Assembly (NCBI GenBank): GCA_020724865.1
Contig: DYGA01000002.1
Coordinates: forward strand, 12,032 to 76,031
Origin: Candidatus Paceibacter sp.
Lineage (GTDB): Bacteria > Patescibacteriota > Patescibacteriia > S139-126
Direction: 5' to 3'
Length of the DNA: 64,000 bases
Within the stretch, counting starts at the first letter, position 1. Each line of letters starts with the position of its first letter. This document shows, piece by piece, positions 1 to 9,379 of this stretch. Under the pieces are notes generated by a model. The model was not told where the DNA came from, did not search any database, and saw only the letters and a program-made list of their open reading frames with translations. The position numbers and the translations under genes are program-made.

Positions 1-2871
1 ATCAAACAAAAAGCTGAGGATCCAACACGATATGGATATCGAACTCCAGAACTGAATTATCTTGTAAGAATGGCGGAAAAAAAACCAAAAGAAGTTGCAG
101 ATATAATGCTTTCAGTGGTTATTTCAAAAGATAATTTTAATCCCGAAGTTATCGACCAATTTTTGAGAATTTGCAGTTCTTTGCCAGCAGAGCAATTAGC
201 GAGAATAGTACCGAAAATTCGCGATGAGGGCTGGGTGCAACTGATGAGTATATTTAATCAATGGGGTTTTGAGTATGAAAAAATATTCCAAACGCTTGCC
301 GTCGCTAAGGACTATGAGAGTATTTTGACTCTCGCCGAAGCGGTGCTTGCCGTAAAGACAAAAGAAGAATATAAGCAAACTTCTCATGGTTATTTATCGG
401 ACAATCCTTTTTATTTCACTGACCTTTCATATACAAAAGTCTTTGAATGTTTAGTGGCTGTAGACGATCAATATCTTGAAAAGGCATTGGAAATTACAAC
501 AAGAGTGATGGCGACAATCGTGCTTTTGGGCGAAGATGCCGAGAAAAATGAAGTGTTTCAGATTCATGAACCTTTTTATCTTTTTGATGTTGATTTCTTT
601 TCTTTGGAATTGGGCGATGAAAAACATCATTCAGACCGAGAAAACGTCAAAGATTTAGCGGCAACCATTAAAGCACTTACTCGAAGATTAATTGGTAACA
701 ATTGCGACAAATCAGAATTGATTAAAGAGGTTTATAAAAAATATATTCAAACTCTACCAGAAAGCAGGTCGATGTGGCGACTGCGTCTTTTCGTTTTGAG
801 TTTGTGCCCAAGCACCTTTCAAATAGAATTGAGACAATCTTTCTCAAGATTATTTGAGGTGATGGATGTTGGTAAGCATTATTACGAAATTGAATCTGGA
901 ACAGAATATAAGAAAGCCCTTAAACAGAGCTTTAGTGTTTTGGATTCTACTTATCAACGTGAATATGTTTCTAATGTCTTTAAGCATTTCGGGCAAAGCC
1001 GTGAAGACAAAAAAGAGGAACAATGGTATAAGCGTGATGGCTGGCAGATTCTTTCCAGTATTTGTGATTCTTTAATTCAAGAAGAAAAAGAAGATTGTGA
1101 AAAAGTATTTGGTAAAAAATGCGATCCTGCTTTTGAACCCGAACCGTCCATTGGGAAAATAGTGAGTGGTTTTGTAAAGCCGAGAGCCGCAATTTCTCAG
1201 GAAGAATTTGGTAAACTTTCCATTGCTGATATTGCCAAAAAATTAAGAGAAGATTGGAAACCAGAAGCTTTAAGGAAAAAGAATACAAGCGATGATTTTT
1301 TGTATCCTCTGAATGCCGAAGGCGTTGGAGAACAATTACGTGCTGATATTGCTAAACGATTACAGGACTATGTTCAAAACGCTAATTTATTCTTTGAGAG
1401 AGATGTTCTTGATGAGCATTATACCTATTCCTTCTTTCGGGGTGTTCAGGAAGCTATACGTTCCGATAAAACAAAGGCAGCAAGTGCCCAGTGGGATAAG
1501 CTGATTGAAACTTTTGTTGCTATTAAGAATTCGGGAACTATAAAAGCCTTTGATCATAAAATCAGAGAGCGAGAAAAATTTGATGCCTGGCTTTCAAGTT
1601 GGACTGGTGTGCACTCTGCGATGACCGATATTTTACAGGAATTATTGAATGAAACTGAAGGGAAAATCATTATAGATTTTCCAAAATATCGCAACCAGCT
1701 TTTTGAGACTATAAGCTATCTTTTAGCGTATCCTGACCCAGAACCGCAAGATGAGGAATTGAAAACAGCAATCATGAAGACCCACGCTCCTGGCAATAAA
1801 GAAGAGTATTTTGTTAGCGATCCATTTACGATGGCAATCAATACAGTACGCGGTCGCGCGTTCCAGGCTTTTGTATTATTTGTTTACCAAGACGGAAAGC
1901 AATTCAAAAAAGAAGATAAAATTAAAATTGCTTCTGATGTAAAAGAGTTATATGAGGAAGTTTTAAGAAAAGAGAACACTCGCGCCTTGATGTTTATGTT
2001 CGGTCACTATCTGCCTTCTTTTTACTTTCGTGATATAGAATGGACTCACAAACTTTTACCTCAAATCTTTCCAGAAGAAACAACTAAAAAACATCTTTAC
2101 CTGGCTGCCTGGGAGGGTTATCTTACTAATAATCTTTACGAGGAGATATTCTTCGATCCAGAATTTCAAAAATTATACGAGAGAGGATTAGTTTTGACTG
2201 GCAGTGAAGATCCAAAACGCAAATATTTCAAAAAACCAGATGAAGGAATCGCTATTCATTTGGCGTTGGCATTTGTTGTCTATCACAAAAAATTTGGATT
2301 TGACCACCCTCTTTTTGAGAGATTCTGGAAACAAAATACTGAACGACAAAGCGAATTCATTAGTTTTATTGGGCGGATGTTTGTCTCTGGTGATAACGCT
2401 CGTGTAAATGAGCAGTTGAAAAAAGACCCAGAAATTAAAAAGAGATTAACTGAATTCTGGGAATGGTTGCTTAAGAATTATAATGACCCGAAACTATTTG
2501 TTGAGTTTGGATTTTGGGTGAATCTTGAGAAAAAAATTTTTGAGCCAGTTTGGCTGGCTAAACAAATAAAGGCGACCTTAGAAAAAACTAAGGGAGTATT
2601 GGAATTGGATTATGCTCTCACCAAGTCTATTAACGAATTGGCTAAAGCCGCGCCCAAAGATACATTGGAAATCGCCCGTTTGTGCTTGTTTGAAGGCGGG
2701 GTACGTGACGGTAAAATGCGCATGCTATTTATGTACTACGAGGAATGGTTTGAGGCAATCAAAATTCTCTATGAAAATATCGAAACAAAAGACGATACTT
2801 ATAAACTTATCAACGATTTGATTCGTGAAGGAGGGAGTACTTTTTGGAAATTAAAAGAGGTTATAAACTAA
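1..2871 (+). CDS. Large uncharacterised protein, 5'-partial. The reading frame is open from nt 1 in the same frame as the ATG at 70, so the gene probably starts upstream of the window. Alpha-helical, with no recognisable catalytic motifs.
   Basis: ORF 70..2871 (933 aa). Frame 1 has no stop between nt 1 and 70. No Walker A or nuclease motifs seen. Only a 6-nt gap to the downstream Mrr-like gene. Confidence 0.55.
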   Translation: MKQKAEDPTRYGYRTPELNYLVRMAEKKPKEVADIMLSVVISKDNFNPEVIDQFLRICSSLPAEQLARIVPKIRDEGWVQLMSIFNQWGFEYEKIFQTLAVAKDYESILTLAEAVLAVKTKEEYKQTSHGYLSDNPFYFTDLSYTKVFECLVAVDDQYLEKALEITTRVMATIVLLGEDAEKNEVFQIHEPFYLFDVDFFSLELGDEKHHSDRENVKDLAATIKALTRRLIGNNCDKSELIKEVYKKYIQTLPESRSMWRLRLFVLSLCPSTFQIELRQSFSRLFEVMDVGKHYYEIESGTEYKKALKQSFSVLDSTYQREYVSNVFKHFGQSREDKKEEQWYKRDGWQILSSICDSLIQEEKEDCEKVFGKKCDPAFEPEPSIGKIVSGFVKPRAAISQEEFGKLSIADIAKKLREDWKPEALRKKNTSDDFLYPLNAEGVGEQLRADIAKRLQDYVQNANLFFERDVLDEHYTYSFFRGVQEAIRSDKTKAASAQWDKLIETFVAIKNSGTIKAFDHKIREREKFDAWLSSWTGVHSAMTDILQELLNETEGKIIIDFPKYRNQLFETISYLLAYPDPEPQDEELKTAIMKTHAPGNKEEYFVSDPFTMAINTVRGRAFQAFVLFVYQDGKQFKKEDKIKIASDVKELYEEVLRKENTRALMFMFGHYLPSFYFRDIEWTHKLLPQIFPEETTKKHLYLAAWEGYLTNNLYEEIFFDPEFQKLYERGLVLTGSEDPKRKYFKKPDEGIAIHLALAFVVYHKKFGFDHPLFERFWKQNTERQSEFISFIGRMFVSGDNARVNEQLKKDPEIKKRLTEFWEWLLKNYNDPKLFVEFGFWVNLEKKIFEPVWLAKQIKATLEKTKGVLELDYALTKSINELAKAAPKDTLEIARLCLFEGGVRDGKMRMLFMYYEEWFEAIKILYENIETKDDTYKLINDLIREGGSTFWKLKEVIN

Positions 2872-2877
2872 AATCAT

Positions 2878-3582
2878 ATGCAAATTAATTTTTGGGAAAT
2901 AATTAAAAGTTCGTTGTCTATCTTGTGGACACTGTGGCCGCTTTGGGCAGTTTTGTTGGCAATTGTTGTTATTAGGTTATTCTTTTATTGGCTTGATTTG
3001 GAGATAGATAATTGGCACATTCGCCGAAAATTCAGAAAAGGAGAAAAATGGCGCTCGGATCGTGATTTGTTGCAATGGCTTCGTGGCATGAAGCCATCGG
3101 AATTTGAAGATTATATCGCTGATTTGTTTTCGCGGCTTGGCTACAAAGCAAAAGCAGTTGGCGGATCGCATGACGGAGGCGTCGACGTTGTTATTGAAAA
3201 AGACGGAGTAAAAAGCTACATCCAATGCAAGAAGTTTATAACATCAGAAGTAACAGTCGGCGATGTCAGAGATTTCTATGGCGCTTTGGCTGACCATATT
3301 GCCAACGGAAAGGCATATTTTATTACCACAAATAAATTTACACTTGAAGCTGAGAAGTTTGCTGAGGATAAGCCAATTGAACTTATAGACGGATACAAAC
3401 TTATTCGGTATATCAAAATGGCTAAAAAGGACAAAGATGAAATAAAGGAAACTCCTCAGGTTTGCCCCCGCTGTGGCGGAAATTTAGTGAAAAGAACTGG
3501 CAAGTTTGGAGTATTTTACGGATGTTCTAACTATCCGAAATGTGATTATACGATTAATCAGAACAAAAAAACATTTTTATGA
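2878..3582 (+). CDS. Membrane-anchored Mrr-family (PD-(D/E)xK) restriction-endonuclease-like protein with a C-terminal topoisomerase-type C4 zinc ribbon
   Basis: N-terminal hydrophobic helices (LSILWTLWPLWAVLLAIVVIRLFFYWL). Mrr_cat-like core GGSHDGGVDVVIEKDGVKSYIQCKKF...GKAYFITTNKFT. C-terminal CPRCGG...GCSNYPKCDY, a zf-C4 topoisomerase-like motif. Confidence 0.75.
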   Translation: MQINFWEIIKSSLSILWTLWPLWAVLLAIVVIRLFFYWLDLEIDNWHIRRKFRKGEKWRSDRDLLQWLRGMKPSEFEDYIADLFSRLGYKAKAVGGSHDGGVDVVIEKDGVKSYIQCKKFITSEVTVGDVRDFYGALADHIANGKAYFITTNKFTLEAEKFAEDKPIELIDGYKLIRYIKMAKKDKDEIKETPQVCPRCGGNLVKRTGKFGVFYGCSNYPKCDYTINQNKKTFL

Positions 3583-3905
3583 AAGAAAGTATCAAGCAAA
3601 AATTAAAGTTAAGGTTAAAAATGGCAGGGTTTATATTATCTTTAGTGGGTTGGTTTTTGCTTGTTGTTGTCCCGCTTGAATTTGCGGGAATCAATCTCTC
3701 TGGCTTAGAAGGTTTTGTTGAAACATCAGCTTTTAAGTGGGGATTAAAAATCTTTGTTATTATTGCCCTTATCTTTTTGATTAAGGGTCAGAGTATTGTT
3801 GAGGGCATCATTGAAAAACATAATTGGCTAAAGTTGACTCTGAAAATAATTTTCTGGGGCGGTGCAATTGGCTGGATTGTTGGACTGGGAAGTTTGTTAA
3901 TCTGA
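3579..3905 (+). CDS. Small integral membrane protein. Its start overlaps the previous stop (ATGA), so it is likely co-translated.
   Basis: 108 aa with 3-4 hydrophobic helices; 4-nt overlap with the upstream gene. Confidence 0.5.
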   Translation: MKESIKQKLKLRLKMAGFILSLVGWFLLVVVPLEFAGINLSGLEGFVETSAFKWGLKIFVIIALIFLIKGQSIVEGIIEKHNWLKLTLKIIFWGGAIGWIVGLGSLLI

Positions 3906-4032
3906 GAAATAGTAAGTAGTATGGCGAAATAGTCTATTTCTCGGCAAAGCCCCTCAAATCTGGAATGTGAATATATTCAGTTTGCCGCTGAATTATCGTT
4001 CTAACGCTGTTCACAATGTTGAGCCATAAAAA

Positions 4033-4066
4033 AATAATGAACTTAGGTTCATTATTTTTTTGTTTG
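4033..4066 (+). terminator. Rho-independent terminator closing the 1..3905 operon
   Basis: aataatgaac-ttag-gttcattatt hairpin followed by tttttgtttgtt. Confidence 0.6.
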
Positions 4067-4113
4067 TTATTGGTAATTTTTTTAAAACTTTTAATTTTTT
4101 TATTTAAAAATGG

Positions 4114-4142
4114 TTGACAAAATCGAAAAAATGTGCTATACT
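4114..4142 (+). promoter_or_regulatory. Sigma70-like promoter with extended -10 (TTGACA-17-TGcTATACT). A 9-bp inverted repeat ATGTGCTAT/ATAGCACAT (4131-4139 / 4163-4171) overlaps it.
   Basis: ttgacaaaatcgaaaaaatgtgctatact. An RBS aaaggag at 4206-4212 precedes the ATG at 4218. Confidence 0.6.
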
Positions 4143-4217
4143 ACTAAGTTATTCAAGTTAAAATAGCACATTGAAAATTAAATAGTTATTAAAAAATAAT
4201 ATAAAAAGGAGCTAGTA

Positions 4218-5342
4218 ATGAACTGGTATCACAAAGTACTTATTATTTTGGTGGTTGGATTATTTATATTTATCCATCAAGATGTATTGGTACAAAATTA
4301 CCGTGATAATTCGCCAGTTCTATCTAGCGAAGAAATCACGAAGCTTGAACAGCAAGTAGCACAGATTAGTGCAACTGCTACTCAAGATATTAAGTCTGGG
4401 ACGTATAGCCCCGCAAAGTGGCAACAGCATGTCTACTTTTTGCAAACACAAGTTTTGCAAAAATTTGGTGGTATCTATAGCCGAGAAAAGTTTTTTGTTG
4501 AAGCTGGTAGAATTCTTGATTATACAATCAAGAATTATTATGAGCCTAGATCGAATGATCCAGTTAAAGGATTATTGTTTCAACAAGAAATAAATAGTGC
4601 TCAAGCCAAAGTTTTGCATGAGAACAACGTGACAGTAGACTGGTCAAAATTTGTTTCCAGCATTTGGAGTTTTTATTTATCATTTTTGCCCTACACCTTA
4701 TTAATCATCTTGATTAGAAGGTCGGTTATTTATAAATTAAAATTCCACTCAGCTGGCGATGTTGCAGTTGTCATACTTAGTACCTTTAGCATTATTGGTA
4801 TTTTTGTTTATAAGCCCAAAAGCTTATTACAAAAAACAATAGATGCTGAACTCAAAGTTTGGCAGGAGAAAATCGGTACAAAAGGCTGGAGATTAGCTCT
4901 GGCTTATACATTGGCAATTATATTTGCCATCGGTACTATACTTCGTCCCGCCAAGGTCTACGCGCAAGAATTTTTCAAGGAAAGGGTAGTAATTACCCAA
5001 ATGGTGGAATTAGATTCGGAAGATGAATCTTTAGAATTTAATTTAGCAATTGTGGCAATATTGCAAAGATATTTTGTGGAAACAATCAGAGCAATTCAGA
5101 AATTTATATTTCTGTTTTTCTCCCCGATGTTCATTCTGTTGAATATCCCGCCGCCACGGAGTTTCATTTTTGTTTCTTGGCAAACGCCAAGAGACAAAAT
5201 AGTATTATCTAAAATGATAGTTGGCTGTAGAACTCCTAGTGTTTTGTTTCAGTTTAACTTAATTAACCGAAACAATAAAAAACACAAAGGAATTTACAGT
5301 GAAAAATATCATTTTAATATTATTAATTTTTTTGGCCGCTAA
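4218..5342 (+). CDS. Hypothetical polytopic membrane protein
   Basis: 374 aa ORF with a strong promoter and RBS and several hydrophobic segments. The 3' end overlaps the next ORF by 44 nt, so the true stop may differ. Confidence 0.5.
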   Translation: MNWYHKVLIILVVGLFIFIHQDVLVQNYRDNSPVLSSEEITKLEQQVAQISATATQDIKSGTYSPAKWQQHVYFLQTQVLQKFGGIYSREKFFVEAGRILDYTIKNYYEPRSNDPVKGLLFQQEINSAQAKVLHENNVTVDWSKFVSSIWSFYLSFLPYTLLIILIRRSVIYKLKFHSAGDVAVVILSTFSIIGIFVYKPKSLLQKTIDAELKVWQEKIGTKGWRLALAYTLAIIFAIGTILRPAKVYAQEFFKERVVITQMVELDSEDESLEFNLAIVAILQRYFVETIRAIQKFIFLFFSPMFILLNIPPPRSFIFVSWQTPRDKIVLSKMIVGCRTPSVLFQFNLINRNNKKHKGIYSEKYHFNIINFFGR

Positions 5343-6111
5343 TGGCCAAATATTTTCTCAGGATTTAACAATTACCCGCAAATATGCCGGTGTAATCTAT
5401 ACCGGAGTAATTGATCAAAAGATAAATATCAACAGCAATGTTGATTATATGTTTGGTTTAGAAACCAAGTATACATTATTTAAGGATAATGATTTATTTT
5501 TTAGATCACGTTACTCAAATCCTGATGAAAGTCTTGGTAGCTTTTGGTACGAGTCAAATTTTTCCGAACTTAAGATTAAGGTCGGTTATATTGCCAGACA
5601 AATCACTCTTACTAGACCTCATCCAATCGGCTCAGGTGGACACTTTGAACCTTTCCCTTACGGAAAAATTCCTGGTGGCGCTCCGGGCGTAGATGTTTCC
5701 TTAAATGGTAAAGAGTGGTCAGTGGGGTTAGGTTATTCCTACAATTCTCAAAAACAAGTCAGTGAAGCAAATTTTGGTGTTGGCTTCAAAGATGAAGATT
5801 TAGAGATAAGAGGTGGACTGGTTTATAGCCAGTTATACCAAGGAGTAGCCGGTCAGGTAATATACCAAAAAGTAAAGCTGATGTGCTTTTTTGAATCAGA
5901 CTCCCTACTAACGAATTTTTTGTTTATCAGTGGCCCTATAAACGGCTACTTAGGATCAAGCTATGATCACAAAGAAAAAGATTGGGAAAGAGTGGAGTTT
6001 GGTCTGACAAAAAATTTATCAGCATCTTACGGTTTAAGTGGGGTAGTAGCTAGTGGATATGATCCCTTAAATAAAAAAATAATAATTTATTTTTGGGTTT
6101 ATATCCAATAA
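5299..6111 (+). CDS. Secreted hypothetical protein, Gly/Tyr-rich and beta-rich, with a signal peptide
   Basis: MKNIILILLIFLAANGQIFSQ signal peptide. No known motif recognised. Confidence 0.5.
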   Translation: MKNIILILLIFLAANGQIFSQDLTITRKYAGVIYTGVIDQKININSNVDYMFGLETKYTLFKDNDLFFRSRYSNPDESLGSFWYESNFSELKIKVGYIARQITLTRPHPIGSGGHFEPFPYGKIPGGAPGVDVSLNGKEWSVGLGYSYNSQKQVSEANFGVGFKDEDLEIRGGLVYSQLYQGVAGQVIYQKVKLMCFFESDSLLTNFLFISGPINGYLGSSYDHKEKDWERVEFGLTKNLSASYGLSGVVASGYDPLNKKIIIYFWVYIQ

Positions 6112-6158
6112 TTAACATATTTTTCCAACTTTCAAATAAGAAAGGAGGTAAAAAATTC

Positions 6159-6187
6159 GAGTCGTCTTAAAAAAGACGACTCTTTTT
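6159..6187 (+). terminator. Rho-independent terminator
   Basis: gagtcgtctt-aaaa-aagacgactc hairpin followed by ttttt. Confidence 0.7.
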
Positions 6188-6261
6188 ATATTTGACAATT
6201 TTTTTTAATTTGTTAATATATCAATATTGATTGATATTTATAATATTAAATTATAGATTAT

Positions 6262-6567
6262 ATGAATTTTAATTGTTGTAAGACTAAAAAATCAAAAGAA
6301 GATTTAGAAAAAATTACAAAATTTTTGCAAGTAATTGCCGAGCCAAATCGGTTAAAAATTTTGTGTATTTTGCGAAAAAAAAGTTTATGTGTTTGTGATA
6401 TCTGGGAATATTTGGATTTACCTCAAAATTTAGTTTCTCATCATTTAAAAGTATTAAAAGATCAAAAATTGGTATTGGCTAAAAGAGAAAGTACTAAAAT
6501 TATTTATACAATTAATCCATCTGTAATAGATGAAAATATTTCATTATTAAACTTATTTATTAAATAA
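6262..6567 (+). CDS. ArsR/SmtB-family metalloregulator
   Basis: Winged-HTH LKILCILRKK...SLCVCDIWEYLDLPQNLVSHHLKVLKDQKLV. It includes the CVCD metal/As(III)-binding motif typical of ArsR. Confidence 0.8.
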   Translation: MNFNCCKTKKSKEDLEKITKFLQVIAEPNRLKILCILRKKSLCVCDIWEYLDLPQNLVSHHLKVLKDQKLVLAKRESTKIIYTINPSVIDENISLLNLFIK

Positions 6568-6573
6568 AAAAAT

Positions 6574-6807
6574 ATGGTAATCAAAATTCTTGGTTCAGGC
6601 TGTCCCAATTGTTTAAAATTGGAAGCCAATGCCAAACAAGCTGTCGCAGAGCTTGGTTTAAAAGATATAAATATAGAACATGTATATGATTTTGAAGAAA
6701 TTTTAGAATATGGCGTTATGGCTACGCCAGCAATTGTGATTGATGAACAAGTAAAAGCAGCCGGAAGAATCGTGCCCGCCGAAGAAATAAAGACTTGGTT
6801 AAAATAA
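6574..6807 (+). CDS. Small thioredoxin-fold protein (redox-active disulfide protein 2 type, CxxC)
   Basis: GSGCPNC motif, 77 aa. Typical companion of ArsP-type permeases. Confidence 0.7.
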   Translation: MVIKILGSGCPNCLKLEANAKQAVAELGLKDINIEHVYDFEEILEYGVMATPAIVIDEQVKAAGRIVPAEEIKTWLK

Positions 6808-7925
6808 AAAATATGAAAAAAGAATTAAAAATCATGGCGTTACTATTGGGTCTATTTTTACTGTTTTATTTTATGCCTCTGAATTCGGTATTATTTACTG
6901 ATGCTGTGTTCTCTGGTTTAGCCTTACTCAATGAATATGCTAGACAACATGTATTAACTTGCTTAGTGCCAGCATTTTTTATTGCCGGTGCAATTTCTGT
7001 ATTTGTTAAAAAAGATTTTGTTTTAAAGTATTTGGGCGGGCAAGCAAAAAAAATCGTTTCGTATTCTTTAGCTTCGGTATCTGGAGCAATTTTGGCGGTG
7101 TGTTCTTGTACTATATTGCCGTTGTTTGCCGGCATTAGGAAAAGGGGAGCAGGACTGGGCCCGGCAATTACTTTTTTATTTTCTGGACCGGCCATCAATA
7201 TCGCAGCTATGTTTCTCACTTTGTCAGTTTTGGGTTTGAATATTGGTTTAGCCAGAATTATTTCAGCTATTTTTCTATCTATCTTAGTTGGTTTGTCCAT
7301 GCAGTTAATATTTAGAGAAAAAACCGAAAACGGTAATCTTTTTATAGAACAAAGCAACCAACCTTCTTATGGTAAAATTACAGTTTTAATTTTTATGTTG
7401 ACTATGGTTGGTATTTTAGTGGTCAATGGTCTGCAGATCGGTGTAACGATTAAATACTTACTCATGGCAGGTTTAACGATAGTAGTGGCGATAATTGCTT
7501 TGACTAAATTCCAAAAACAAACTAACCACGAATGGCTCAAAGAAACTTGGAGTTTTACTAAAATGCTTTTACCAATTTTGTTTATTGGTGTATTTATAGC
7601 CGGGTTTATTATGCCGTTTTTACCAGAAAGTTTAATTGTTAAATTGGTTGGGACAAATTCAGTTTCAGGCAACTTAGTGTCTTCTATTTTTGGCGCTTTT
7701 ATGTATTTTTCTACATTGACAGAAATTCCTATACTACAGGCTTTAATTGCCAAAGGTATGAATCAAGGGCCGGCTCTTGCTTTACTTTTAGCTGGACCAT
7801 CTTTGAGCCTTCCCAATATGTTGGTGGTCAGGCGCATTTTGGGAAATAAAAAAACGGCTGTTTATGTTTTATTGGTTATATTTTACTCAACTATTGCTGG
7901 TCTTATCTTTGGTAGTTTAATATAA
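6795..7925 (+). CDS. DUF318/ArsP-family permease (putative organoarsenical or metal efflux permease)
   Basis: Polytopic membrane protein with the conserved CSC motif (AVCSCTILPLFAG) and Gly-rich LGPAITFLFSGPAIN. Confidence 0.65.
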   Translation: MVKIKNMKKELKIMALLLGLFLLFYFMPLNSVLFTDAVFSGLALLNEYARQHVLTCLVPAFFIAGAISVFVKKDFVLKYLGGQAKKIVSYSLASVSGAILAVCSCTILPLFAGIRKRGAGLGPAITFLFSGPAINIAAMFLTLSVLGLNIGLARIISAIFLSILVGLSMQLIFREKTENGNLFIEQSNQPSYGKITVLIFMLTMVGILVVNGLQIGVTIKYLLMAGLTIVVAIIALTKFQKQTNHEWLKETWSFTKMLLPILFIGVFIAGFIMPFLPESLIVKLVGTNSVSGNLVSSIFGAFMYFSTLTEIPILQALIAKGMNQGPALALLLAGPSLSLPNMLVVRRILGNKKTAVYVLLVIFYSTIAGLIFGSLI

Positions 7926-7937
7926 AATAAAAATAAT

Positions 7938-9137
7938 ATGTATAAAAAAATTTTATTTCTACTATTTTTTGTTTCTTTATTGTTTATTCCTCAGCAAAAT
8001 GTTTTTGCCCAAGATTCATCTCAAACCAATATTTATTTTTTTTGGGGACAGGGTTGCCCTCACTGTGCTAAAGCTGAACCATTTTTGAAAAAACTTGATC
8101 AACAATACAGCGATGTCACTTTATATGATTTTGAGGTGTATTATAATCGTACTAACCAAAAATTATTACAAGAGGTGGGACGAACTTTGGGTATAAATAT
8201 TTCTGGCGTACCAGCAATTATTATTGGCGATCAGGCAATTATTGGTTTTAGTGAAACTATTACTCCCAGTGAAATAGAGCGGCGAGTAGAAATGTGTCAG
8301 CAGTTGGGTTGTCCTGATGAAATCGGTAAAATTTTAGGTATAGAAAAAAAAGAACCAATTGTTGAACCAGTGACAGAAAATATTAAATCTATCAAGATTC
8401 AAGTCCCTTTTTTACATGAGATTGAAACTAAAGATTTTTCTCTGCCAGTCCTGACAATTATATTGGGGGTATTGGACGGTTTTAATCCTTGTGCCATGTG
8501 GGTACTTTTGTTTTTAATCAGTTTACTACTGGGCATGAAAGATAAAAAGCGGATGTGGATTTTGGGCAGTGCTTTTATTATTGCTTCAGCTTTAGTTTAT
8601 TTTATTTTTATGGCCGCTTGGTTGAATTTAATAATTTTTTTAGGTTTTATAGTTTGGATCAGAGTATTGATTGGTTTGATAGCTTTGGCAGGCGGCGGAT
8701 ATAATTTGAAAGAATATTTTACCAACCCCGAAGGTGCCTGTAAAGTTACTAATACGGAAAAACGGCAAAAAGTTTTTACCAAATTGAAAGACATTACTCA
8801 ACAAAAAAGTTTTTATTTGGCTTTAGGCGGAATAATACTTTTGGCTTTTGCTGTCAATTTGGTAGAACTTGTTTGTTCAGCCGGGTTACCAGCTGTATAT
8901 ACTCAAGTTTTGGCTTTAAATGATTTAGCTAAGTGGCAATATTATCTATACATCAGTCTGTATATTTTGGTTTTTATGTTTGATGATTTATTGGTGTTTT
9001 TTGTGGCCATGACTACATTGCAGATAACTGGACTTACTACCAAATATACTCGCTACTCTCATTTAATCGGCGGAATTTTAATGGTAATTATTGGGTTATT
9101 GCTCATTTTTAAACCTGAAGCATTGATGTTTGGGTAG
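7938..9137 (+). CDS. Thioredoxin-like domain fused to a DsbD/CcdA-type thiol:disulfide transporter membrane domain
   Basis: Signal peptide, then WGQGCPHC thioredoxin motif. Membrane part has GFNPCAMWVL and VELVCSAG, the Cys-in-TM pattern of the CcdA/DsbD family. Confidence 0.65.
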   Translation: MYKKILFLLFFVSLLFIPQQNVFAQDSSQTNIYFFWGQGCPHCAKAEPFLKKLDQQYSDVTLYDFEVYYNRTNQKLLQEVGRTLGINISGVPAIIIGDQAIIGFSETITPSEIERRVEMCQQLGCPDEIGKILGIEKKEPIVEPVTENIKSIKIQVPFLHEIETKDFSLPVLTIILGVLDGFNPCAMWVLLFLISLLLGMKDKKRMWILGSAFIIASALVYFIFMAAWLNLIIFLGFIVWIRVLIGLIALAGGGYNLKEYFTNPEGACKVTNTEKRQKVFTKLKDITQQKSFYLALGGIILLAFAVNLVELVCSAGLPAVYTQVLALNDLAKWQYYLYISLYILVFMFDDLLVFFVAMTTLQITGLTTKYTRYSHLIGGILMVIIGLLLIFKPEALMFG

Positions 9138-9354
9138 TTTAAATTGTTTTTTTGATATTAAAAAAATGGTAAATTTATTATATGAGTAGAACAAAATTGT
9201 TTTACCATTATTTAATTTAATGGCGATTTTATTGATAAGAGGAGTAATTTGGTTTTTTGATGGCAATGGGATGATTTCTTGCAATTTATTAACAGAATAT
9301 AAATTTTCTGAAGATTTCTAAAATAGTAGCGTTCCAGTATAATAATTAAAAAAT

Positions 9355-9376
9355 CTCGCTAGCTAGCGAGGTTTTT
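9355..9376 (+). terminator. Perfect 16-nt GC-rich palindrome (ctcgctagctagcgag) plus a T-run; terminator-like hairpin
   Basis: Read directly from the sequence. It sits immediately 5' of the truncated ABC ORF. Confidence 0.55.
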
Positions 9377-9379
9377 CGT

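Noticed and set aside
70-2871. ATPase, helicase or methyltransferase role for the large protein upstream of the Mrr nuclease
   Set aside because: No Walker A/B, DEAD/DEAH, or SAM-binding (FxGxG / DPPY) motifs found on reading the sequence; function left open.
3906-3990. Inverted repeat gagaaatag...ctatttctc after the small membrane protein gene as a terminator
   Set aside because: It has a 21-nt loop and no T-run. The canonical terminator is the downstream hairpin at 4033-4066.
5299-6111. Outer-membrane beta-barrel assignment for the secreted Gly/Tyr-rich protein
   Set aside because: The alternating pattern is suggestive, but the C-terminus ends in Q rather than an aromatic residue, and the rest of the window (sortase, LCP) points to a monoderm envelope. 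Left as a secreted hypothetical.
9096-9284. 62-aa minus-strand ORF in the gap between the Trx-DsbD gene and the ABC remnant
   Set aside because: Low-complexity, AT-driven reading frame with no RBS; it overlaps the end of the upstream gene and looks spurious.
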